A DNA stretch of 63,768 nucleotides, from the NCBI RefSeq assembly GCF_000143415.4, contig NW_003314311.1, positions 62,233-126,000 of the forward strand, written 5' to 3'. The notes under the pieces are model-generated. The model was not told the DNA's origin and did no database searches. It was given only the letters and a program-made list of their open reading frames with translations. Shown in pieces: positions 49,900 through 62,560 of the stretch; the stretch's first letter is position 1, and each line of letters starts with the position of its first letter. The DNA comes from Selaginella moellendorffii. Its lineage: Eukaryota; Plantae; Lycopodiophyta. Both the position numbers and the translations under genes were made by a program.

Positions 49900-52800
49900 G
49901 GGCAATTGCACATTTCTTGATGCTTTGGAGCCTTGGGAGCTTTAAATGTATAGTAGGGATAATGGGTAGATCAGGCATTGTTAACCAACTTGAGGTATAG
50001 TCTTGAGTGCTCATCCTTGTTTTGTATCTGGCTTAAGCATAAACCTAAGTTCCACACCATACTAGTTGATGGAGTATCCATATCTTTGTGTTAGGCCACT
50101 AATATGCTAAAATAGTGCTAAACTCTATTTGACTCCATTTTGCATGTTGGTCTTGGCATTAGGATGCTAGAAGCTCTAAAATTATTTTAACGTCACTCTA
50201 TGCTCCTATCCTTTTGCTCATTGGATTGAACGCTCAAGAGTTTCTCTGTGCTCCGGTCCCTTTGCTCCCTGGTTGCAAGCTTGGGAGTTTGGCTCCATTC
50301 CTTCATTCAGTGGTGTCACAAATGTGACTTCAGGTATCAAAAGTTACCTGTCGGCCAGTCTTTACGAACACTCTTTCCTTACTGCCACGATGGCAGGAGG
50401 TTGGTATTGTTAGACCCTTTATCAGTCCCTCTTGTGCTAGTGGAGTTAATTGGGCATTTCAAGTGTATTTAGATCGGACAAGCATAAGGATGGAATTCTT
50501 ACATGTTATTAGCTAAACATACTTAACTTAGTAAAGAGTTCCTATCTCGTTATGTCTTGCCCTGGCTAGTGACAAGAACCTTTGCATATTGAGATTAGTC
50601 CCTCAGTATTGCTGGATGAGTGTCTGCCAAACACCCTCGTTATCATGCCCTTTTCTGTTAGTCTCATTTCAGTCCCAAATGCTATTTATGAAAAGTGTCT
50701 AGATTTGCTCATTTGGCATATCTATGGAATGTAGAGATCGGCCTGAACACAATGGTGCTCGTCCCGTGTCCAAATTCACAATCTAGGGGCATTCCATATT
50801 TAGTAAATTTTGAGCTTGTCCTAGAGACTAACTCCTGATATTAAGGGAGGCTTGGGGTGAAAGCCCAAAACGTGTGTTCCTCAAGGGAGGGGGGGGGGGG
50901 GGGGGTTTCAAATGTATAGTAGGGATAGTAGTCTAGCTCCCGCTTGTATGCCTGTCCTTGTTTTGCGTCTAGCTTGGGTCTAAGTCCAAGTTCCATTCTA
51001 TGCTAACTGGTGGAGTACCCATGTCCTTGCATTAGGCCACTGGTATGCCGAAATAGCACTAGCCTCTGTTTGTCTCTGTTTTGCGTACTGGTCCTGACAA
51101 TGGGATGCTAGTTGCTCTAGGACTGTTCCAAGTCGCTCCGGGCTCTTGTCCCTTCACTCCTTGAGCTGTATGCTCGAGAGGTTCTCCGTGGTTCAGTTCC
51201 GTCACTCCTTGGCTTCATGCTTGGGAGTTTGGCACTGTTCCTTTGTTCAGTGGCCCAAGGCCCTGAACCTCGAGTTCTGCATCACTATCCTTTGGACACA
51301 TGGCATATGACATGTGGCATGTGTCACATGACATAAAAAAGGTTTAGGTTCCGCTTCGTGGTGTTATCCTATGGTAAATCACCATAGGATAAAGGGTAAA
51401 AACCACGTTGTTAGCCCCGTGAATGGCATCCATTCCGCTCAGCCTTTGCACTTGGTCAAAGTGCTCTAGGTGTCTGATCCCATGATTGACACTCCAAATG
51501 TACTATGGACATATTAACTTATTACACTAAGGCTATATCCATTCACCTTTATCACATCAATAGTTCACGACCATGTACATCACAGTCCTGTCTCTCAAAG
51601 ACTGGCAATGAGTGGTCATCGCTTGACCATACCTTAGCATCTTTAGGGTGCCCGAAGACCTAGGGAACACCCTTAGATTCTTAGTGTGAAAGCTCGGCAT
51701 ATCTAATTTAAACACTTCGGTGCAAGTAACATCAAGGATGTGGTAAATAAGATGGGAACACCCAGTCTTAATTACTATGGACCCTTAGGTAGAAGGGTTG
51801 ACTTGGGTGCACCACAAAATGTGGGGGATGCCCTTGGGGTCATAGTCAACAATTTAAAAGTCTTGAAAACTTAGTATTTATTAACAAACCTGTTAAGGTG
51901 CACTAAGTGATCTTATGATTAAACAAGGATAAGGTCCTTATGAGGTTAAAGAATAAAGTTTTTAGTTTAAAGTGTTGATTTTAACTATTGGTAATGGTGT
52001 GGCTTGGTCAAGGTGACCAAGCCACAAAGGACATCTAAAGGAAATGAACTGTATCAATGCGATGGCATAACAAATCCAAAAATGTAGTCTCTAGGAAAGA
52101 CCCATGGGAGGGTTGCAAAGTTAGGCCATAGATAGAGCTCACAACAAAAAATGCTAAAGAAATTTACTAAGGATGAACACCCTTTAAACTTGGCAAAGCA
52201 AAGCCTTTGCTATGGAACCAAAAGGATACCTTGAAGATGGAGGTAGTGATTATATGTTACTTAATGCAACAATTAAAAAACAAGATTGAAAGACTAGTGG
52301 CCAAGATTGGGCCATAGAAATCATTGAAAGGAATCCAAATAACAAAATTAAGCAAGGAACACTCATGTATTGGATTCTAATAGATTATGGGAAAGCATCA
52401 CAACTCCGGGGCATCCCCTACTTGGCGGTGTGCCCAAATCAATCTCCTTACTAAGTCCATGATCACTGAAAAATGAGTGTGTCCTTATATTCTAAACCAT
52501 CACCACGCCCTAGAGGGTTGGGCTCGAACCCAAGCACTAGAGGGTTGGGACTCGAACTCAATCTCCATATATGCATCTATAGGCAGCATTACTCAAAATG
52601 CCTGCTGTGACTCCTTATGCCGATGCATGAACTTATACCCAAAGTGTGTTATTAATCACAGCTTAGGAATTTAGTTCTTCCAAATTGCCAAGTACTCTCA
52701 CTTAACAAGTCTATGATCATATATAAACTCCTTTATACTTAGCCCTATATGCCACACCTTTTGAAGTCAACACCTTCACATAGGGTCTTTGTTCCCCCAA

Positions 52801-53930
52801 CTTGCCAATCTCACTTAGCAAGTCACTCAACCAACGTAATATGATTTCATGTATAAGCATGAAAGTCTTTAACTATTGACTTTCATTCAAAGCCATCTCT
52901 TTGAACATTCGGGAGCTTGTTCTCTAACCTTGATAGCCTCACTTCATAGCAAGCTTCAAGACCATGCTTCCGCTATGCCATTCTGATTTGTGCAATCCTA
53001 TAAACCATTTACACTCATCTTTCTAAGTATCAACCTACCTAGATATAGCATATGTGGTTTTTACCCTTTATCCTATGGTGAATTACCATAGGATAACCAT
53101 GAAGCGGAACCTAAACCCTCCATATGCCACATGTCACATACCACATGCCACATGCCATGTGTCCAAAGGACAGTGGTGCGAAACCCAAGTTTTAAGGCCT
53201 TGGGCCACTGAACGAAAGAACGGAACCAAACTCCCAAACATAGAGCTGAGTGAAGGGACAAAAGCATAGAGCAACTCCTAAGCGTACAGCCCAAGGAGCA
53301 AAAGGATAGGAGCATGGAGTGACTTAGAACAATCTTAGAGCATCCAGCATCCCAATGCTAAGACCAATATGCAAAACAGAGCCAAATAGAGTTTGACACT
53401 ATTTTAGCATACCAGTGGCTTAATGTGAGGACATGGGTACTCCACCAGCTAGTATAGTGTGGAGCTTAAGCTTAGACCCAAGCCGGACACAGAACAAAGA
53501 CAAGCATGCAAGCAAGAGTTAGACTATATCTTAGGTTGGTCGGCCATGCCCGACCTACCCACTATCCCTATTATACATTTGGAACCCCCCATATCCCCCT
53601 CTAAGGAACACACGCTTTGGGCTTTCACCCTAAGCCTCCTTTAGTATTAGGAGTTAGTCTCTGGGACAAGTTTGAAACTTACTAAATATATAATGTCCTT
53701 AGATTGCAAGTTTGGATATATGACAAACACCATTGTGTTCAAGACAATCTCTACATTAACTTGATAAGATTGCATGTTGAAACTAGTCCCTCAATATTGT
53801 TGAATGATAGTTTACCATGTCTACCAAACACCCTCGCTATTATGCCCTTTGTGTTAATCTCATTCTAGTCCCAAATGCTAATTATGGAAAGTGTCTAGAT
53901 TTATTCATTTGGCATATCTACGGAGTCTAA
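49900..53930. mobile_element. Mosaic of decayed LTR-retrotransposon terminal modules in both orientations
   Basis: ~49940-50300 and ~50850-51410 (reverse) and 53055-53640 (forward) are copies of one module; 50590-50730 recurs at 53780-53925; 52465-53040 matches 2085-2660. Confidence 0.8.
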
Positions 53931-55585
53931 GACAGAACAAAAGAGAACTAAGAGCTAGACCGAGAATGCTAAGCTAGAAACACATAGGAGTTCCTACCAT
54001 AAGCATAAGTTCCTACTACCTCAAGAAGTTTTTCCTTCAGCTATGGATGATAATGGCTCTGAACTCTTAGAATGAGGTACTTCACTTCAAAATTCTAATG
54101 AGTTGGATATTGTTCATGCAGATCTAGAGAGTAGTGGCTTATTAAAGCTAAAGAATGATGAATCTCTGGATGCTCCAATCATTAGTTCACTGCTGAGACA
54201 TTTTCTCAGACTTTGAAAACCTACATCTAGCATTCTATATTATTATGCACAAGCCGCACAAGCCATTCGCGAGCCAACAAACTTAGATAGAGCACTCTTT
54301 GTACCACAACATTTTCATTGGCGAGTAGCAATGTAGGATGAATATCATGCTCAATTGGAGAATGGTTCCTTGTTATGATCTAGCACCAAAAGACAAAGAT
54401 TTAATTTCCCTAGACTATGCTATGCATCCTCTTAAGCTTCCTCACCACCCAACCACCCCCAAGCTACCTCAAAAGCTCCATTGCACTACCGCTCCACTAT
54501 GAGCCTTATGGTAGATTAAGTTCCTTACCTTAACATGCCTTAATATACCCTTGAGCTTCCCTTTAACTGATGTTGATCACATAGTCAAAGTTGACACATA
54601 ACAATTCTTCCCCCCCAACAAAGTCTTTGTCCCAAGGATGAGTTATACCAGTGATCACCCTTTCTGGAGAACCCTGCTTAAGCTCCAGGTCCATCTTCCA
54701 TAGTTATATACATCAAGGAAGCATTGGGCCTATCATTCCAAGATAATACACCTTTTAATTGGCTGATATAAAATACCAGATGAATTTTTTGGCAATTGCA
54801 CCCGATAAGCCACTTTACTAATGCACTCCAATACTTCATATAGACTAGTATATCAATGAAAAAGTTTATCATTCTTCCCATTTTGTAAAGATGCTAAGGC
54901 ATTCTACCGCTCACTTAACACAAAGATCACTCACACAAAAATGAAATCACCCACTTTATATTCCCAAAATTATTAGCAAATTTCTCCACTCCATCCTGAC
55001 CTGCCTATAAATTCTATTTGCACACCACTAGAATCTCATCAAGTTCTATGGCCAAATCAATTGCCTTGAAATAAAGCTTATCTTGAACATCCTTATTCAA
55101 ATGTAATCTCAAATATGTCTTCTTCCCCCTAAAATGACTGGCCTCTGGACAATCCTGATAGTGGAATAAAACTTGAGTAATTAACACATTCACCTATGGC
55201 AAATATACATGGCCATTGTAATAAAGAATCCCATCTACCAATGAGAAAGGTGTTTTCATCTGGGCTAGCAAAAAGAGCACGTCAGCATCTTGAGCCTAAG
55301 CAAGCTCAATCTTGCCCAAACTTGCTAACCACTTTACTCAAATGATGACAAAATTGTGTTTGTAATATTGTCATATGACAAACATGAGATAAGCATCTAC
55401 CACCATATTTAATTTTCCTGGACGAAGCTCAATAAGAAAATCCTTAAACTCCATAAGTTTGACCACCCAACGAGCTTACCTAGTGTTCAACTCCTTTTGT
55501 GTGAAAAGATATATAAAAGGTTTGTGATCTGTCAATACCACGAACACTACACTATAAAGATAATGCCACTATGTCCGCAAGGTAT

Positions 55586-56235
55586 TGTGAGACACAAAAT
55601 CCCTAGGCCCCAAAGTGGAGCTGGAAGGGCGCCACATGGTAGTGGCCGAAGCGAGAGCCAAACGAGCGTAACACGTTTGGACCAAAAGCTCCGACTTGAA
55701 AAGTCAAGAGCGGGAGTGGAACTCCCAACGAAGTGCTCGAGGAACGAGCACGAAGCGAGCAAAAGGCAAGGCTCCAAAAAGGGACCCAAAAGGGCCAACA
55801 CATGACACGTGGGAGTCCGAGATGGACCCGAGTTGGAGTCCGAAGTGGAGTCCGAGACGGACCCGAGTTGGAGTCCGAAGTGGAGTCCGAGATGGACCCG
55901 AGTTGGAGTCCGAAGTGGAGTCCGAGAGGGACCCGAGTTGGAGTCCGAAATGGAGTCCGAGATGGACCCGAAATGGAGTCCGAAATGGAGTCCGAGATGG
56001 ACCCGAGATGGAGTCCGAGATGGAGTCCGAGATGGACCTGAGATGGAGTCCGAGATGGAGTCCGAGATGGAGTCCGAGGTGGACCCGAGATGGACCCGAG
56101 ATGGAGTCCGAGATGGAGTCCGAGATGGAGTCCGAGATGGACCCGAAATGGAGTCCGAGATGGACCCGAGATGGAGTCCGAGATGGAGTCCGAGATGGAG
56201 TCCGAGATGGAGTCCGAAGTCAAGACCGAGACCGG

Positions 56236-56267
<32 letters not shown>

Positions 56268-57357
56268 TCGGGACCGAGACCGAGACCGAGGCCGAGGCCG
56301 AGACCGAGGCCGAGGCCGAGTCCGAGTCCGAGTCCGAGTCCGAGTCCGAGTCCGGAGCCTGAGAGGGTGAAAGCCCAAAGCGTTCGTCTCCCAGACCCTG
56401 GGGGGTTTGGTGAGCTCCAAAAGTATAGTAGGGGGAGGACTGCAGTGGAGCCAGTTTGGCCAGGAAAGGCCAGTTTGGCCCAGGAAGGCCGGACCCAGTG
56501 TTGGGTGATGAGCTGCCCACTGGGAAGTCCAAGACTAGAGTGAACACAGACCGACAAGCGGGGTAGCTTGGTGAAGTGTTCAAGAGCCGGCTCTAGTTCC
56601 CCCGGGAGATCGACTGGCCGATGCTCCCAGTCCAAGTGTGGGTGGCACTACCTACTTGGATACCTGGTGTGGCTCAACGGAACCCGCTCTAAGCCCATGG
56701 CTAGAGCACCTAAAGGCGAAAGGCGAGGAGAGTACCCAGGTGCCTCGCGTAAGGCCACGGTGTTCCGAAATGTTGTCCCGAAGGCCCAGACTGTGGAAAG
56801 GAAGAGGAACAGTCCTCTGGGGTAGTGACCAAGGACACAGTCGTGTGGTGAGGAAGTCCCAGAGGACCGTGGGACTTAGTGGTCGGGCCTGTGGGTCTCG
56901 ATCCAGTGGCAGTGTTGGCAAACACGGCCAGGGGCAGAAAGGGACTTAGTGGGAACTGAAAGAGGGATATTGGGGAAGGTTATTCCCCTTGTCGGTGGGC
57001 ATCCTAAGGATGCTAAGGAGTGGATCTGAGATGACCACTCACGGATGGTTTGCCTAGTCTTGGAGAGCCAAGACGGTGATGCGAGGGGTATTGGACTACC
57101 AGTGTGGCAAAGGTGATTGGACATGGCCTTAGCGTAACGGGCTGCTATGTCGGTGGTACCTTTGAGTGTCGGTCATGGGATCGGACACGTGGAGCACTTG
57201 GACCAAGTGCAAATGTTAAGTGGCATGGACGCCATTCTCGGGGCTAGCAAGTCCCAAGTCCTGGATTGGACTTATGGAGGTGGTGAATGAGACTCCTCCA
57301 AGTGGTCAGAGGTGTGGTTAAGTGACTAAAGTAGAATGGAAAATTTAGTCGCTTACA
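55586..57357. mobile_element. Young 1772-bp solo LTR (or short LTR-type element) with TSD GGTAT
   Basis: TGTGAG...CTTACA termini; GGTAT at 55581-55585 and 57358-57362; removing it restores the Gypsy RNaseH segment ELLSIVHTLRT*WHYL; GC- and CpG-rich unlike its surroundings. Confidence 0.92.
55810..56352. repeat. Tandem array inside the solo LTR
   Basis: 11-12-mers (GATGGAGTCCGA / GATGGACCCGA) grading into 6-mers (ACCGAG, GCCGAG, TCCGAG). Confidence 0.95.
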
Positions 57358-60300
57358 GGTATGAACAATAGAGAGTAACTCTTGCTCATATATGGAATAA
57401 CATTGCTTTGCGGAATTCAAAATTCAACTCTCATATGTAATAAGTTGTCCCTCTTGTATGAGAACTCCTCCCAGTGTATAACCACTTGCATCACATGTCA
57501 CCTCATAAGGTTTTGATGGATCAACAATGTGAAACATTGGAGCCTTACTCAATAATTGTTTTAATGCCACAAAACTCTCCTCATGTGGCTTCTTCCACTC
57601 AAATAGCAAGTTCTTGCACAACAATTGTGTCAAAGGAATAGCCACCTCCGCAAATTTGTGTTAGAAATGTCAATAATAACTAGCCATACCAAGGAAGTTG
57701 TGTAATTTGGCCGCTGTGGTCGGTGTATGCTCCACCACAACCACCTTCCTTAGATTTTTCTTGACACCCTTAAATATTACAATATAGCTTAGATATTCCA
57801 TCTCCGACTTTACAAACTCATATTTTCTCTTCTTTGCATAAAGTTTGTTATCATGTAGTAACAAAAGAACATTACAAGAATGCATCTTATTCTTTTCTAT
57901 ATTCTTGCTGAAAACAAGAATATCATCCAAGAAAATCTCCATAAACTCATAAAAATAATGCCCAAATACTTCCATCATCAATTGAGTAAATATGGCTGAT
58001 GCCTTTGTCAAACCAAATGGCATAACTGTAAACACAAAATACCTAAAGCTCATGTTGAATATTGTCCTGGAGATAGATGCATCATCCATTGCAATTTGAT
58101 GATATCCACTCCTCAAATCAATTTTGGTAAACACTTGTGCTTCACCAAACTTGTCTAAAAAATAATTTATATGCAGCATTGGCATTTTATCCTTCATTGT
58201 TTTCTTATTCAAGGCATAGTAGTCAATAGATATTCGCATTGAACCATCCTTCTTCTTCACAAACAAAACTGGAGCACCAAACATAAACTTACTTAGCTGA
58301 ATAAATCCAAACTCATATAATTCTTTGACTTATCATTGAACTTCTACTACTCTACGTAACTTAACCAAAATGGATGCCAACAAATTGGCCACGTTCCTAA
58401 CTCCAATGTAATCCCATGCTTCACACCATATAATGGAGGCAACCTATAAAGAAATTCAAATGGAAAAACATTAGAAAACTCAGCAAGTACATCCCATATT
58501 GCTGCTTTTCCCCCACATGTGCCTTGGTCCACCAAATCATGAACAAATAACAAGTAACTTAAAAGTGTTTTTCCATTACAACAAACCCGCTTCAAATATG
58601 TAATAAAGAACATAACAACTAGAGGTTGAACTCTCTCTTTAAACCACACATCTTTAACACTACTATACTCCAACGAAACACATTTAATACTCCATTTTAT
58701 CTTCAAATCCACCTTTACCAACCATGGCATCCCAAAAATGAAATCCACACAATGGATATCCATGAGATAAAAAAGTTTTCACAAGTGTGGTTTTGCCAAC
58801 TAACACTTCTAGGCCCTTTATATAAACATTAAAATGTTGAGTAGAGGTAGTTGCACCTTCCACTATGTATAGAAGAACTCCTTGTGTCACCAGGCCATGC
58901 TCCTCAACAAACTTTGCTGAAACGGAGATGTCATTACTCCCACTATCTAGTAAAATCTGCACTAGATTGCCACGGAACACACCCTCTAGAGTATTGAAGT
59001 TGATGCATGAATGTCCTCAAACTCCATCTTGTTCCACACACAAGTTAAGTTGACAAGCAAATGATCGAAAGCCTCTTCCTTCAACCGGAATGGTCATCCC
59101 CATTATCTTCATGTTGCAAAATTTGCAACTTTTTAATATCTAACTTACCATCAGTAGAAGATTGGCCATTCTTTTTGCCCTACTGCTTGCTCTTCAACTA
59201 TGGACAATTAGCCTTCTATTGTCCAAACTCGCCACAATGATAAAAAATTTATTTATAATTCTTCACAAAAAACTTTTGCTTCTTTAACCCCTTTGGATCT
59301 AAAGTAGCCACCACAGGCTTTAGTTTGTGATACTTATTCCCATCCTTGTGTCCACAGTGATCATCATGATGATTCTCCACAGAAGGACTCCTTAAATGCT
59401 TACAAGATTTGTTCTTGTCATTGTCAAGTTGACAAGCTGTATAAAAAAGTCAAAGCTTGTGTCAGTCTTGGTCTATTACGTGGACAAAAGTGGTCTGAAT
59501 GGAGGGATTGTTTTGTTTTGTACACATTCTCACTTCACTCGCTTAGGGGAGGTATAATCTCTTGAATGTTGTGCCAAAAATTTTCTTCTTCCTCCTCTTT
59601 CAGCCTTTAGGGCAATCAAATGAGCTCCTCCAAACTCTTTGTAAGCTGAGAATGACATAAGTGTTGCCACATACTCTCACTATGAAGGCTATTAATGAAG
59701 TAGGATTTGCTTTGATCTAGATCCTTTATTGGAACATAATTAATCAAGTGAATAAACTTCTCAATATATTCCCTGAGCGTTAATTTCCCTTATTGGAAAT
59801 GTCAAAATTTTATGCAACATTCTCCACATCATAGTGAGGGGCAAAATATAAGTGAAAAGAAAACTCAAACTCATCCATGGTGGACATTGAGACTCCTCAA
59901 GGCAATTCCACCACTAAAGACCCACATTTCACAAAACCATTGGAATAGCCACTAAAGCCTTTTCATTTGGAGTTCCTCTAACAACTAAGAACTTTTCCAC
60001 ATTGGCTAGCTAAGCAAAACACTTGTCCACACCACTATCACTGAAAAATGTTGGAATCTTGAGTCGATCTACCAAGGAAGGCTTACTTGGAGTGCCACCA
60101 CGTCCAACCTTGAGTGCCTCAACATGCTCATGCATGGTATCCATCATGCCATGCATATCGTCTTGCATCTCTTGTTGATTTTGATTAAGGGCTCGCAACT
60201 CATGAACAACATCTTGAATGGTTCAAACCTCTGCAGCTCCATTTCATCAACACCACCATTGATAATAAGTTTTCAGCGTTCAACTTGGTCAACCATCATA

Positions 60301-62169
60301 ACTAACTCCTTTAATACCAATGTTATGATTTGGCACATAAAGACAAAAATTTAGTCTCCCTAGATTATGCTATGCCTCCTCTTAAAGTTCCTCATCACCC
60401 AACCACCTCCAAGCTACCTCAAAAGCTCCACTATATTAGCGCTCCACTATGAGCCCTAGGGTAGGTTTATGCCTTAATATACCTTTGAGCTTCCCTTTGA
60501 CTGATGTTGACCATGTGGTCAAAGTTGGTAGCTAACATTCCTGGACACTCATTTCACCATAAGAGGTTCCTTGCAAGGCTTCAATCATATAGTTTAAATG
60601 GATTCACAACATAAAATATAAGGAGACCTGATCAGTACAAGGCAAGGTTAATCACAAAAGGATATATACAGCAAGCTAGAATCAATTATAGTGAGAATTT
60701 TCATCTGTAGTTAAGATGATTTATATTTATTTTGTTCTTGCAATTGCTAATCACTTAGACCTTAAGGTTGAGCAGATGGACATCAAGAATGCACTTCTCA
60801 ATGACAAGTTGGAGGAACCAATGTATATGCAACAACATTCAGGTTTTGAGATCTAGGGAAAAAGTGTTATATGTGCAAACTCCAATGATGTATTTATAGA
60901 TTAAAACAGCCACCAAGGATCTGGTATAATACTTTGCAAAAGTTTTTTCTAATTTTTGGTTTCTCTTGTGCAAAAGCAGATTGGGATCTATATTATTGTT
61001 TTCGTGATGACTTGATTATTCTCGTATGTGTTTATATTCACATCTCATCATGGCTGAAATGACAACAAATCTTAAATGGCTTAAATAACAACTCTCTAAA
61101 CAACTTCAAATGATAGATTTTGGTAAAATTTCCTTTTGTTTGGGCTTACAAATTGTGCATGATAGGAAAAATCAAGTTCTAAAGGTCCATCAACATAAGT
61201 ATATCTCAAATCTTATCAAGGAATATGATGGTTTCTTTATTGCACACCCAGCTCTGACTCCAACACTCTAATTCAACAAGCTCTCCAAAGCAGATCAACT
61301 GAGGGAGATGGTTAAGCTACCATATCAAAACATGGTTAGAGCATTGATGTATTTAGCCGTATCAAGTAGATTAGACATAGCTGTAGCTGTTTCTAGAGTG
61401 TGCTAGTTCATGCAGAATCCTAGAAAGAGACATTGGTATTTAGTAGGGCAGATCTTTAACTACATATGACAAACTTCATTGCTTTATCTTGAGTTCAAGG
61501 GGATGGCAGGAGGAGAAATTGGATCAAGTGCACTTATACCATATGGAATAGTAGATGTTGATCTTGCTGGTGATCTGGATGATAGGAGATCAACAACCAG
61601 GTACATGTTCAAATTCTCTAATGTGGTTGTGTCGTGACACAGCCAGAAACAAAGGATGGTGGTGTTGTCTACTTGTGAAGCAAAGTACAATGCTGTTATG
61701 GAAGCTATTAAGAAAGCTTTATGGATTCAATGACTGCTCCGAGATATCAGTTTTGAGTTGCAAGTACCAAAATGTCTACAATGACAACACAGCACGTCTT
61801 CAGTCCATCATGAACCTAGTGCATCCTGGGAGAAACAAACACTTTAAGATGTTTCATTACTTTATCAAGGAGCAGATTGAGAGAGAAGAAGTCAGGCTAA
61901 GATAAATCTCCACAATGATGATGGTTGCAGATCTGCTCACAAAGACTATGATTGAAGTCTAATAGTTTGAATGACTACAATGACAACTCGGACTAGTCTC
62001 ACAGGGGGAGTAGCAATCTGATTAAAAGACATCAGATTAAGGGGGAGTGTTGGAACCAAGGAGAGATCAAGGCACAATCAAAGGAACTAAGATGTGTATA
62101 TAAATCAAGAAGAGTTGTATCAATAAATGCCCCAGTACTTTTCCTTTACACCATTCCATCAACCTGTGA

Positions 62170-62560
62170 AGTTGGAAGCTTGTGACTTATAGCAAGGTTA
62201 GAAGATGAAGTACCAAGTACGTACCAAAAAAATTGTTTACAAGCTTGTCTAGGAATTCCCTTACCACACTTACAAAGTATAAGATCTTACCACACTTATA
62301 GAGTATGAGATCTGGGTGTGTGCAAGCGACCAGATACATGAGGCTTTCCATAGGGGACGATGCCCATGTCAAGCTTCTCATGATCGGTGGAAGGAGACAT
62401 ATCCTTAGAAACTTTCAAACCTACATGAAAATGAAAGCTGTGGTGCATGGAAAATTTCCAATGGATGTCCTCCATATACTTGGCTTGGTGTAGGCAAATG
62501 GAGCCATCTCATTTTCTATCAAGTTGGATGCCAAGGTAGTAGTGTGTATTGTGACAGGAA
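62170..62560 (-). pseudogene. Additional Copia RT fragment
   Basis: MESLMYLVACTHPDL resembles the Copia GSLMYAMVCTRPDI motif; LGIQL segment upstream. Confidence 0.7.

Larger units (their letters stand above)
54371..60537 (-). mobile_element. Decayed Ty3/Gypsy LTR retrotransposon with both LTRs and TSD TTCCT
   Basis: LTRs at 54371-54603 and 60321-60537 (TG...CA); TTCCT on both flanks; degenerate Met-type PBS (TGGTATTA) next to 60321; PPT at ~54604-54618; gag remnant, protease LLDSGS, RT (KIDLRSGYHQI, VMPFGL, FLDDIL), RNaseH (CDASG) and integrase remnant. Confidence 0.93.
53950..62047 (+). mobile_element. Decayed Ty1/Copia pol region (RT-RNaseH), split by a Gypsy insertion
   Basis: EPTNLDRAL...WRVAM*DEYHAQLENGS (left) rejoins WTL...YKARLITKGY, QMDIKNALLN, DVDLAGDLDDRRSTT, RNKHF (right); PPT AAGGGGGAG at 62039-62047 followed by TGTTGG. 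Confidence 0.88.

Noticed and set aside
55810-56352. CRISPR-like repeat array
   Set aside because: Contiguous tandem units with no unique spacers, no cas genes, eukaryotic context.
55547-56635. Long ORFs (up to 362 aa) in several frames on both strands
   Set aside because: By-products of a stop-poor tandem array inside an LTR; low-complexity translations.
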